This document shows, piece by piece, positions 50,865 through 63,600 of a DNA stretch of 64,000 nucleotides. The first letter of the stretch is position 1. Each line of letters begins with the position of its first letter. Source of the DNA: Zygnema circumcarinatum SAG 698-1b (Eukaryota > Plantae > Zygnematophyceae); the NCBI GenBank assembly GCA_037447605.1, contig CM074805.1, positions 1,087,361 through 1,151,360 of the forward strand, written 5' to 3'. The notes below the pieces were generated by a model. That model was given only the letters and a program-made list of their open reading frames with translations, was not told where the DNA came from and did no database searches. A program made the translations under genes and the position numbers.

Positions 50865-53800
50865 ATGATTTCACAGATCTTCATGCTGTCGCCTCGTGGC
50901 GACAACATCATCTTTCGTGACTGTATGTTTGCGGTCTCGCTCTCTCTGCTTCTCTGCATCGTCTCTTCCTCGCTCAATTCTTTTTTGATTTACTTTTTCT
51001 TACTCTCCTTCTCTCCATCCTACTCCTTTGCCTCTCGAAACGCAAGCAAGTGCTGCAAAGTTGGATTCGTAAAGATAGAAGTTTAAAGAAGTGAACGCTT
51101 TCGGCTTCCCTAGGCGCTTTGTCATGGAACATTAGTCGAGCCTGAAGCGGTTTCTATAGGTCTCTTCCGTCTGCGAGCAGTTGCAATACATAATGATGAT
51201 GCTGCGGGGGCATTCTGGCTGTCAATTACCTTTTTATTATTTATTAATTTCTTCCTAGAACAGGATATATTCTGAAGAGCTTTGTTACTGGCGTAAGAGT
51301 TTCAAACGCAACATTTTCCACTGGTCAGGTTATTAGAAAGCTAGTATGCAAAATGAGAAGATCCAATTGGATTGGTTGAATTATTTACACCCCTTGCATA
51401 CGCTCGCCTTATGATGAAACACCTAGTGCTTGCCATCTGCGAGGTCGCAATCACCGTCCTGTTTTTGGACTGCAACTTACATCTAGCCTGACAACGAAAC
51501 CAGTTATGCAGGGCAAGTACATGGAATAATGCGATCACAAATAGGAGGAAGGAATGTAGTTGTTGCTGGAACGGCAACTAAACTCATGTGGCATGCATGT
51601 CATCCCATGGCCTATTTCATCGGAACCTTGAAAACTCCAGCTTGATGCTTACTTGTCTCTTGTTTGCAGACCGGGGAGATGTGCCTAAATCGAGTGCAGA
51701 AGTATTCTTTCGTAAATTTAGGTTCTGGAAAAGTGACGAAGGCGAGGATGCTCCTCCCGTTTTCGTGAGTATTTCTTTTTTGTTTGTTTGTTTGTTTGTT
51801 TGTTTGTTTGTGTGTTCGATCTTCTTCGTGGAGATCTCCTTATGTGGATGGTTTGGCGGACAATAGCTGACGTGTATTTGTTCAATAATTGCTAATGCAA
51901 AGGTAATAAGCTGTTTTATCCTGTTCACAAGGACCACGCCTGCACTACTCAAGCTGGCGTTTTTGAAGGCTCCGGTTGGGTATCAAATGGGCTGGTAGTT
52001 TACCCAGACATCGTGTCCTCATTTTCTCCCCGTTTGTTTTTCACCGTTTGCTGCAGAATGTGGATGGAGTAAACTACTTGCATGTGAAAGGAGCTGGCCT
52101 TTTGTTCGTGGCCACAACTCGTTACAACGTTTCACCTTCTTTGATTCTGGAGCTTCTTCAACGCATTGCCCGGGTGGCAAAGGATTACCTCGGCATTCTT
52201 AATGAAGATTCCCTCCGAAAAAACTTTGTTTTAGTGTACGAGCTCTTGGATGAGATGTTGGTAAGTGCAGCCCGACATTGGTTGTCATTTTGGCATCACG
52301 ACTTGCAAGTGTTCAGAAGTGTTCATACTGGGTAATCATCTACCTATTTAATTCATCGTGCCTTAAATTGATTGTGCTTGACTTGGGATAGGATTTTGGC
52401 TATCCTCAAAGCACCTCTACAGAGGCATTGAAGTCGTTTGTCTTCAACGAGCCTGTGTCTGTGGATTCTTCAAGGGTGCTTCCTGCTTCGCTAGCTGCTG
52501 CCTCAATATTCATGGTATTTAGTTCGATCCCAAAAACCTCTGTTTACAATAGCCAACGAAGCGTTTTCATGGCTGTCTACGTTCATCATCCCAAATAGAG
52601 GTGGCCTCTGTTTCGTCGGTCCAGTTTTTGCTTCGTGACCATTCTTATCCCGTCCACGGCTGAGCTGTCCTTAGGCTCTTCTGCTGCATTCTGCGAAAAA
52701 AACAGCATGAAGGTGCTGACTTCTGGAAAGCAGAATGAAAACATGCTGTGGCAGCATGGAGCCAAGCGTGTTCCCGGAACTGCTGTCACCAAGTCGGTGG
52801 TGGCCAATGACCCTCCGGGCCGCAAGCGGGAGGAGGTGTTTGTGGACGTTATTGAGCGCATCAGTGTCACCTTCAATTCTAGTGTACGTGTCTGTTACTG
52901 TTTCTATCTCTTTCTCTTCGCTTTGCCTCTCCCTCTCATTCTTTTTGTCATTATCTCTTTCAATGGCTTGTTATCTCTGCTCTCTTTTTTTTTCTTTCTA
53001 TTTCTGTTTCTGTTTCACTCCCCCCCCCCCCCCCTTTTTTTACTCTCCCTTTCTAATTATTCCTTGCTTTAGTACCTGGTTCTCTATCAGATGGCAGACA
53101 CAGGCTGGAGGTTCTATGATTGAATGGGAAATTCAGAGCGTTCTGCTGGTTTGTGGGTGCTTCAAGCAGGGATACATATTAACATCAGAAATAGATGGTA
53201 CTATTCAAATGAAGAGCTATCTGACCGCCAATCCAGAGATCCGATTGGCCCTAAATGAGGACCTTGGGATTGGCCCAAATGGATCGTCAGGTTTTGGTAT
53301 GTTCAAGCTCAAATCCCAAATGAGACATATTGTCGTAACTGAAGCTGATCTTTTGGAGTCTACTAGAGCTGACCTTGCAGCCTAATTACGTATTGTCTAG
53401 GCTTAGTAATATACGTTTTTCTTCCTTTGCAGCTCCTGGAGACAGTAGGATGAAGCTCTTAGATATGGACGGAATAAATTAATCAAGTGGGTAATGTTGC
53501 AGGGAGTGTTGGAACGGTGCTTTTGGACGATTGCAATTTTCACGAGAGTGTGCGATTGGACGAATTCGACTTGGATCGCACATTGACTCTGGTGAAAGAT
53601 TTACTTTGATTACATTGTGGTCTCACTCCTCTTATGGATTATGCAAGGAATGGCTGCGTTACTCTTGCAGCAAGAGTTGAAGACTTTCTAGATCCATTGA
53701 CATATATATTGGCATATAAGGAGGCCAGAGGGTCCTCCAAGCAGGAGAGGCAATCAAAATGGGAAAGGTAGTTTTTATATTTTTGGTATCCAAATGACAT

Positions 53801-55720
53801 GACACTTTACTCTACCTTAGCTTTTTCAAAATAATCTCGAATTTTATGGAACATATCACATGTCATGCTTTGGAACAGGTACCGCCAGATGGTGAATTTC
53901 CAGTCATGAATTACCGAATGACTCAGGAGTTCAAGCCGCCATTTAAGGTTTATCCCATAGTGGAGGATGCTGGTCCTTTTAAGGTGTGTTTTTACTCTGA
54001 GTGAAAGGGGAAAGTCACGGTTCTTAGTATGTGTTACAGCATATGTGATTCGAAAAACTCACAGCCACTTGGTTCAGGTTTCCCGTTTAACGGATGTGTT
54101 TCAACAACACATCCTTAACGATCCTTCCATCAGTTTATGTCTTCCATCTTGTGCCCTTGTGAAGGAGTGTAAGCTGAAACTCCCACTTCTCTAGGCATTC
54201 AGCAAATACTTTCATGACGGGCTGCTTAATTCTGCTATTCTTGCTATTTGATGGTTGGGACGGGGAGGCGCTTGGAGGCATTCGCAGGTTGAGGTGGTAT
54301 TGAAGGTTCGAGCTGACTTTCCGCCCGCAACCAACGCAAATAGCGTTGTTCTCAGACTGCCTGTACCAAAGTCCACAATCAGGTACTGCTGAGTTTTGTT
54401 ACTTTCAGGCTCTGACAGGAAGGCTATGTCCATTTGTGGTTATAAATAACTACAAAAGAATTGCCTTATGGCAGCCACGCCTCTGAGCTGGAGGCTATGT
54501 ACAGGCGGCTGTAATGTCAAAGTGGCACTTCTTGTGTGAGAAGAGTTTTTCCATGTGTTTTTGGCTGCCTCGCGCTCTCTTGTGTGACTTCCAGACGAGC
54601 CATCGTTGTGTTTAGCTTGGATCCATTTTGAGTCTCTCTTGCCCGTTGAGAGATTTGCGGCGGGGTTGGGGGGACCATGTTGTGAGTACAGAGTGAGTTG
54701 CGAGTTGGAGCAGGGTGCCGTCGGACAATCCACGGATTTTCGAGAGGCAGCCAAAACGCTGGAATGGTCTTTGAAAAAGGTTCGTATGCTAAGGAAAGCA
54801 TCAGATATAGATGTAGAATGCATGCTGCCCTGTTTGTTTTTCAAGCCTTTGATGCATATCTGGTCTATAGAATGACAATGCATGCATTTTGGGGGATCCA
54901 TTGGGTTGAGCAGGTTGCTGGTGGAGCAGAGCATGTGCTTCGTGCAAAGCTCACTCTGTCTCAGGAGCGACTAGGTGAGTGCTCCAATATTCCCTCTCCT
55001 TCAACCCCTCCTTCCCGGAAGCCAATAACTGGGATCCGTATAGCTTTTGCCAGCAGCTGCATTTTTAGGATTGTCAGGCTGGCAAAAGATCTTGTTTGCA
55101 GAGCTGACTCTTCTGCTGTCACATGTATGCGGCAGGGAGGGAGGGTTTTTATCGGAGTCTTACATTGAGTGAGCATTTACACTTGTGTGCAGCAAATGTG
55201 CGGAAGGAAACAGGACCTGTGAATATGACATTTTCCATCCCTATGTACAATTCCTCCCGCTTACAGGTGGGTGGTGTCACATTCCACCCGGGAAGGTAGT
55301 GCTCTGTTGCTTGTCAATTGCCTGGAGATCTGCTCTGTCTAGCGGTAGAGAACAGCAGGTGTTGATTGGAGTTCGTTGGTTCAGACTGGCTTAGGGCATC
55401 ATGAATGGATTCTGTAACTTTAAATGTTTAGGTTTACAATGGAACCATGGTGACAGTCACATTGGTTTAGTGATTGATCATTGATGCATGTGTTACTCAT
55501 CGATGGCTCCATGTATCCAAGAGTTTGAAAGAGTCAAGTCCAGAATCAAAGTCGGGAGCCTCATGTTCCACCATTTGGTGTTTGGCCTTTAACTAAGAAC
55601 ACGATTGGTGTGTTTGAACAGGTGCGATATCTGCAAATAATGAAGAAATCAAAATCGTACAATCCCTATCGCTGGGTGAGATATGTAACACACGCGAATT
55701 CCTATGTCATAAGATTATAG
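50865..55720 (+). CDS. AP4M: AP-4 complex subunit mu
   Basis: [109 protein letters not shown] and YNPYRWVRYVTHANSYVIRL*; GT-AG junctions in consistent phase. Confidence 0.96.
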
Positions 55721-55734
55721 TCATCTTATAGACT

Positions 55735-55797
55735 GTAGGGGAGTTTACCAGGGTTTGGTTTAGGGAGTTTCAGGCTTTAGAGCTTTGTTTAAGGATT
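55735..55797 (+). repeat. Degenerate telomere-like TTTAGGG tract just after the AP4M stop
   Basis: gtaggggagtttaccagggtttggtttagggagtttcaggctttagagctttgtttaaggattt: one perfect TTTAGGG (55759-55765) among variant units about 7-9 nt apart. Confidence 0.45.
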
Positions 55798-56408
55798 TAA
55801 AATGTGAGCCGGCGGGTTATGATAGTTCACTTCAATTGTCTGCACAGCCTGTTCGGTGTTGTCCATTAACATAGTCTTTGCCAAATGTTGAGTTTGAGCG
55901 CAAAGGAACTTTTGTCTGTGGCGTGTGGAGATTCTTACAAATGGCAATAAGGAGCGTTAAAGAAATTTCGTCAATGTCCCATCTGGTAGCTTTAAACAAA
56001 GTAAAACGAGAGAGGGGAGAGTGAGAGAAGGGGGGTGGGAAAAATCTCCTTTCTTGTTTAATAACTTCGGTTGACATCTGCACGTTTTCAACTACCAACA
56101 GCGGTGGTCAATGAATTGAGTGAGAGCGACAGGGGGAGGGGGAGGGGGAGGGCGCTTCTAGTCTGTCGTTTGACAACAACTTTGGTTCACATCGGCAAAT
56201 TTTTAACTACCACACTGTCTACGCAGCAATGTTTCACTCCAGTGTCCAAATATGCCTTTTTTCCTTGACTGGATCAGCCGGATCTGTGCATTAACCCTGA
56301 AATGATAAAAGACACCCAGGAACACGTCAGGACAAAAGCTCGATGTCAAATAGTCGGTCCTCGTGGCCCCACTGCTGTTTCGGACTGGTAGGGTTTGAGG
56401 GAGATTAG

Positions 56409-59400
56409 TCAGAGCCGATCGGCTTTCAAAACCCTCGCCATCCAATCTGCTGGATATGGGTGGCCTTTCTTCTTTGCTGAGGGACATTTGGCTGTTCGCA
56501 CCAACGATCGCCACTTGTCCTGCAACGTGCATGCATGTATTTAGTAAAAGAAGAAAAGCTGCACATGTAGCTGAAGATTTCGTCACCATGAAGGAATTCC
56601 ATGGTTCCTATGACCACCGAACTTTCAGCTTGCAACAGTGGTATATTTGGCTCAGCAGAGAGGCAACCAAGTTAGCAGGTTTCTCACCTTAAGGTCGACC
56701 GGTGTCCTGTGTCGATCGTGAAGGAACCAATTGCGCTTCAATTCCTTCCACCTGTGGTCCACAGCATGCCTTGCATTAGAGAAAACAAGAGATTTTAAAG
56801 CCAGCAGGAGACGAATGCCCATATCCAAGTGTTCCTGAATTTTACAAATAAGCCTTAGATGGCGTGAAAAGTCATACTTCTCCTATCACTGAACCCAACG
56901 TGTGCATTACCGTCCTTTTCCAAGTTGCTCGACCCCTGCAATGAGTGTTTCAACATCTCTTTCCCTGAAATGTTGCATTGCGCGCCTCTTTTCCGTGTCT
57001 GAATTTCGTACGCGTTCCCGTTCTCCACGCGAATAATCGGCTGCGTTCACCTCTCCGTCCAACCTTTGGCGAGTAGGCTTTTTTGGAAGTCGAGTTACAC
57101 CGCACGTAGCTTTCTCTTTCACAGTGTCTGCAACAGTTTCTACAATTTTACCTTTCACAGGATCGCCAAGCGGGCTCGCACTATCACAGGCAGTGGTCTT
57201 TCGGCCTGGGGATTTAGAAGCACTGCCACATTTCCGGCCAGCTTTCTCTGCACGATCTGACTTTTCTGCTCGATTGCCATCATTGTCAACCATTGAGGCG
57301 AGGTGGGAACCGCCTAAGCTGATGTCTTCAGTTTCTATGTCAAAACGAAATTGATATCCATAACTTGATTCGCTGCCTTCTTCAGCTGCACAGATTTGAC
57401 ATAAAGACAAAGGAGCAGCAGCTCAAGTCACAGGTCAAACGAGTCACTTGTTTATCTTGTGCATATATTTTACCAGAAGGTTCAGCAAAGCATATCTTGA
57501 AAAGGATAGCTGGTGATGCTTCACTGACAACAAGCACGTTGGATAGTTGCAAATGACAGACGTGGACTTCTGACGAGATCTGGAATTTGTGACTTACAAT
57601 GTATGACAGGCGCGTGTCCGTTACACGTTGTGTAATTGTCACCTGGTAACTCTCTGGTGTCATCTTCGTTTTCAGGACGCTTTCCTTTGACCTTTATGAT
57701 ATCCTCATCTGCAACAAACATGGCTTCGAGATCAGCCATTTGAAAGGTTTGCCTATTGAGAAAAGACGCTCATCTCAGCATTATTGCCAAAAGACAGAAA
57801 CTCAGAGATGAGAGGCCATCACGCTGAAAAGAGCGAGGTGGACCGTACCTACAGGTGTTGACTGCACTGGACTCTTTAGTCGTGAAGGTTTCTTGGTGAT
57901 ATCTTTCTTCCCTGCACTTTTAGCCTGGTTATGGACTGCATCCAAAGGATGCGGAAAACCTTGTGCGTCTGCATCGTGAAACTCATTGAGATCATTGCCA
58001 CGATTTCCGTGCAGCAGGCAAGGGTGTCCTTCTTGCATTTTTGTTGTTTCTTCACCATGTTGGAAGTTCGAGGGTGGAGGACGCTCAGCATTTGGATGAC
58101 ACGAGCATCTGTTATTCAGGCGAATGGTATCATGATGACAATTCTGCTCGGATAAGAGCCCCGTCTCCATGGTTTCTTTTGACTTCAGTGCTTCTCGAGT
58201 CGCCAGAAGTTGCGCTTGAAATAAATCATTCCACAAATCCTGACCAGACTGCTCGTAGTTGTAACGTGAATCGCTTACCAGCCTATTTCTTCGATTTTCT
58301 ATTGCAACCTCAGCTTCTTGCAGGGCCGTTGGTAACGGATTACCGTGAAGGGTACCGTTTAGTTTGTGTTCGCTCATACAACATGCTTGCATCGAATCCA
58401 GATTCTTCTCCGGCTCTGTTGCAGGCTCGTCACTGCTGAACACGGAAGTCAGTGAATCAAGTGGCAAGTTTCATGCACTTGCCTGGTCTTATTCCATGAT
58501 AGATCAACTCAAATGCATGTGAAGGACAAATACTCTGCATTTCCCTAAGAGTTTTTTGCACTAAATAATTACGAGCTGGAGCATAGCAACGAGCTGATGC
58601 CGGCACAAAAACCCTAAACCAGTTGCATTGGAGGACAGTTTTCGAAAGCAGGCCGAAGCATTGACTTCGAGACGGTCATATGAAGCAAACGAATCTGGCA
58701 AAAGCTTACCGCGTGCTTTGACATTTCTCTGTATTCGTAGGCACTGAGGCATCAAAGCTGGTGGTTTTGTTGACTGGCAGTTCCGCTGATAGTTCATCAG
58801 TATTTATTGTGTCCTCTCGTCGGTCCGTACTCGTATCACGCCCTCTTGAAGTGCACTCACTGATGTGCTGGCGTGGAGTTGGAGAAGCCAGAGAGAGAAG
58901 GTCAAGGCGATCGCAATGCCAAACAACTTTTATGAGAACTAGAGTTCTTACGCCAAGTTACAAGTTCCAAATCATGTCGCAGGGGAGTCTTTGAAGTCGT
59001 AAGGTAAACATAGACGAATCGAAAAACTTTCTGTGTATTTATTGCGTTTCAGATACTCTTAACAGAGTAGGTCATTGTACCTGAATCTGTTTTTTCAAGT
59101 CAAATATTTCATTGAGAAGCTCTCTGTGATCCGTCAGCTGAGCATCTGCCTCTGCCTGCTGCCGCTGACCGATGCTGTTCACAGTTTCAAAATGTCCTGC
59201 ATCATGGAAAGCACGAAAATAGTTACGGTGCATGGAAGGATTGCTTGCTCCTCACTGCCGGGATCACATTTTTCCAAAATTGACTCCAGGATTTGGTACA
59301 GCATTTGTATTGATACTCTTTCATCTCAAAGTTCCGTCCTGAACTCACTTTGCATGTCTAACTCCAGTTTTTCCAGCCTCCCGTTGAACTGCAAGCTGTA

Positions 59401-59938
59401 ACATGGAAATGCCAGCAGTTTCAATTAGCTGAGCCCCATGCAAGTCCTTCCAATTGCAGCGCGTCGAGGGAAACATTGAAAGTGAGCAGATAGTACCTCG
59501 CAAAATAAATTCTTCCAGCGGAAGAATTCTGCATGAAATTCCGGCCAATGCACCATAATGCTATAGACAAGGAATACCATCGGCACTACTAGCTTACATG
59601 CATGCCTTCAGATTGTCTTCAGTACTCCTCAACTCTTGCTTGAAAGTCGCTGCCATCTCCGAAAAGAGCTCCTGAATCGGCAGCATATGAGAACGGAGAG
59701 GGCAATGCACCTTCTTCTTGAATTCAGCCAGCATTTTTCCAATGGTCTTCAGGTCGCTGCATTTTTCAAAGATTGGCAGTTCATCGTCAATCAAAACAAC
59801 AGAAGATTGCGATATGAAGCGATTTTGAGCAGCAAGGATTCCATCTCTTCAACCAAATGAGATCACCACATCAATAGGAGTTTTCGAACCTTACCTGGTT
59901 ATGCCAATGCCTTCATCGTCGTCAATCCAAAGATCCAT
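56409..59938 (-). CDS. Telomere repeat-binding protein, TRFL/TRP1-like (C-terminal telobox Myb plus Myb-extension, N-terminal coiled coil)
   Basis: The last three exons (..56911; 56751-56688; 56519-56409) splice to QHFRERDVETLIAGVEQLGKGRWKELKRNWFLHDRHRTPVDLKDKWRSLVRTAKCPSAKKKGHPYPADWMARVLKADRL*, i.e. telobox VDLKDKW plus Myb-ext. Upstream exons splice in phase back to MDLWIDDDEG at 59938; the 5' model is less certain. Confidence 0.88.
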
Positions 59939-60654
59939 CCTTGTGAACACTAGTTAATTTAAATCCCCGTTATGATATCAGTGTAGCTATGGATATTGTA
60001 GGCGTTCTCCGCTCAACGCACATGAATCATAGGAAAATCCTGCAACGTTCAGCTTCAAGCAGCTCTGTAGGGAAGGGGTCAGGCTGCTCCTGAAGCTCCC
60101 CTCCAAAAGCGACCAGCGACCTACCCCCCTGCAAAGCCGAAGTTCCAAGTTCCCTTTCCCTGCAAGCGCCGCAAAAATATGATTGGTTCGGCGCCGTCGG
60201 GCTGCCCTGGTCAGAAAAAAAACAAAACGCGCATAAAAAACCTTTCAGCGAATCAAAGTTTACCACGTTGCGAACAGAATCACTTTTTCCATGGAACAGG
60301 GAACAGGGAAAGTTTTTTAGGCGGGAATTTTTGCCCGCGGCCGTTTTTTGAGACTGCGGACCGGCCACTTGCGGAGGACCTGCAGTCGACCGGCCTGCCC
60401 TGTTTGCTCCAAGCTGCTGCATATGATTCAAGGAGAGGCGAGAGCGGGCAGATGTGCGGATCATATATCGGAGAAAATTCGCATTCTAACCCTGAAGGTG
60501 CGTTCATCGAATGTCTGTGTTTCTCCTGCTTCAACGAACGATGTCCAAACCTTGGCAACTGACTGAAAGAATGATGTGTGGATTGCTGGCTTGGAAAATG
60601 GTGCGAAGTCTCCGGTTAAAGTAGCAGGCAAGGACCAGGGCGACTAGGGCGAGT
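59939..60654. promoter_or_regulatory. Bidirectional promoter between the telobox-Myb gene and the SYCP2/ASY3-like gene
   Basis: 716 nt between divergent ATGs; E2F-like ATTCCCGCC (reverse strand) at 60320-60328; short GAACAGG tandem near 60295-60310. Confidence 0.6.
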
Positions 60655-63600
60655 ATGGAGAAAAGTGCTCCTTGTGCAGAGGACAGCCAGAAGCTGAGTG
60701 GGATTAAGGTATCTGCCGACCAGTCAAATGAGGAAGATCAGGGTCATGAGATCTACAAAAAGTTCAAGGAGGTGAGAAAGATCTTGGTTTATACGCCAAA
60801 ACGAGAAATTCCATTGCATTTTTGTGTACTTTTACTTCTTTATCTGTTTTGCTTCAAGGATGCAATTGACACATGCAGTAATCCTTCGTTGCAGCTCCTA
60901 TGGGGAAGTTCGTTGGACTATGCAGCGCTTCAACAGAATCTGAAGTTGCTTCGCAGGCGTTTGACAAAGTCTGATCATCAGCCGGAAGAACTTCATCATC
61001 TATGTAGGGTAGTGCCTCTGCTTGGAAATGTTTATGATATTCTCTTGCAGAAGGATTGCAAGTCCAGCGAGTATGTTGAATCTATGGTTCAACTCTGCAT
61101 GACTATTGAAGATCTGAGTGAAAATAAAGAAGGTGAGAAATTTCTTACAACTGTAAAATGATAATTCTGTGATGTTTGCACAGTTTTCGTGATGCAAGTT
61201 TTTTCTAGTTCCAGAAACACGCATGAAATAGGATGCTCAATTAACAGAGGCAGAAAGAAATAAACAATATGTGACCGCTTGCAATCTTAGTCAATGTGAC
61301 AGGAATCCAGCCACTGAAATGCAATTATTTTCATTGCAGGAAAAGCACAATGCGGAGACGTATTCATCTCCAGACTAAGTGCATTAGCCGTCTCTAAAGT
61401 TACCGATTTGAAGCTTCAACGTACAATTATAGAAACCCTTTGCTGTCTCGTGACACAGTCAATCAAGAATCAGCGAGCTTTGCTAGCGAACATGAAGCAA
61501 TGGTGAGTTGATGAAGCTTTTTAAGTATGAAAAGGACAAAGCAGGGAATTATCTTTCATCGTTGGCCTGCTTTTAATTGAACAAAATAGCTCCTGTCTGG
61601 GTGACGAGTACGCGGGAAGCTTCTGTCCCTTGGGCTAACGTCGTAAGGTTTCCCCTTTCTGGCTTGCAGTGAATCGATGATCAAGGTTTTGCTGCCAGGT
61701 GCAGGAGATTACCTGATCCAGGCTACCATCTTCGAGATCTTGTACAGGTGAGTGTATCTGAGAATTCTTATCATTCGCTTTACAGCCTTGGCAGGAAGAC
61801 GGTTGGGGCGCAATCGGGAAAGGGACAATGGGTCAAGGAGATAGAAACAACGTGCACAGCCTATAGGTCGAAAAGCTGTGCGCTCGATGTCATGGAGGGA
61901 CTATTGCACCTCTACAGGAAAAGCTGCTGTTTCTCAAATTGTATACGGAGTACAAGAGTGAGCGCATGAAATCTGTCCTTTAGAACACAACTGTCTCTAC
62001 AGATTGAAAGTTTCTGCTTCTTTGCTTCGAACTGGTTAGGAACTTTGGATTCTCCCGTGTCTGAGGCAGGAATCAAGTTCTCATCAATTATAGAAAGGAT
62101 GTCCATGGAAATGAACATAAAAGTACTGCTGAGGAACAGCGTATTGGCCGCTTATAAACAATCGTTGTTCTACCAACAGAGTATCGAGGAAAACACCCCA
62201 GCTCGTCGAGGACATGTTTCAAGATGGCCCTGTGAAAGCAGCTTTGCGATCCTTACACAAGCAAAAGAAACCAGATTTGCTTGAAGAGATTCGGAATCTA
62301 GTGATATTGTTGAACGAAAGCCAAGGCCCGCTGCGTAGGTGAGGACGGCCTTGCTTTGCTGCCTCGTTTCTGAATAGACAGCAAATTTCTAGATGTGCGT
62401 GTATTGGTCCTACGCTTTAAAGAAGACCCGAGTCCCTCATCCAACTACTGCGCTCTGTTTTTTTCCAAAAAGGCAATAACCGACGGCCTTGAACTGCGCG
62501 TTGTGACTTGGGCAGCGTATACTCGTTTCTTTTGTCGAAAGTTACCATCAACGGGCGAGACGCCACTTGTGCCAGGGAGAAGTGGGTGGATTTTACAAGC
62601 GGACTCACTACAAGTCACAATCATGTCAGCTTCTATGCAAGATTGGAGGATCCTTCGTCTGAAGCTGTAAGCGTCCAAAATTTTTTCCCTGCTATTAAGA
62701 AATCGGTATAAACCAACTTTTCTAAATTTGCATCAAGACGAGGTTGATTCCTTTTTAATAAAAAACACGTCTTTTTATTCTTGCAGGCTGACGACGGAGC
62801 TTCATTAATTGACATTCCTTACTACCAAATTCATCAGATTGGCAGTAAGCTTTGACCTTACAAAAAGAAAATAGAAAGGACTGCAGTCATTGAGATATTG
62901 GACAATCCTGGTAGCGAGTTGTCCTTAAGCAGGCTGCATCTATTGATGAGTGATCTATGAATTTATTTTGCATTTGACAGTCAACTGTTATTTCCTCCAA
63001 AGAAATCATGACTGTGACCTACATGAGTAACTGCCGCCTGGGAGCTGAAACTACTCAGCACAAATATGACTGATTTGCGGTTCTCGTTTTGATAAGCCTT
63101 GACATTGTTGCCAACAACATTTTTTCTGACGGTAACTCGTTTTTGCCACAGGATATTCAACTCGGAATTTAGAAATTGTGACCTACGAGCCCATTCTCGA
63201 CGAGTTGACTTCAAGGGTACGCACGCAGAATAGTCTTGATCCTGTCTTATACTTTCTGGACACGAGACCTCTCGTTTCACTTGTCTTGTTTTCTTTGTTA
63301 CTACTACTGAATTTGTTTTAGAAACTGAAACATGCTAAGCTGACAGTACGAGACCTTCCGTCTGAGTACAGGCCCCTGCTAATGACAAAACTGAAATCCA
63401 CATCTTGATGGAGTTTGCTACTGAAGGTATGGCGGAACATCGGTGAAGCTGATTGCCATTTGAAAATAGAAGTCGTTTTAAGATGTAGGTTGGATTTTTC
63501 TGCTCAAGCACACTAGCAACATTCCCGTTAAACAGTCTGGTATCCGGCACTGATTCGTTCACAGTTTTTTCAATTTGCAGATTTAAAAATTATCGAAAGC

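Noticed and set aside
51778-51810. (TTTG)n runs here and at ~44424-44442
   Set aside because: Ordinary intronic or UTR microsatellites.
60027-60566. ORFs of 72-145 aa on both strands in the Myb/SYCP2 intergenic region
   Set aside because: Promoter-like low-complexity sequence, overlapping on both strands, with no motifs.
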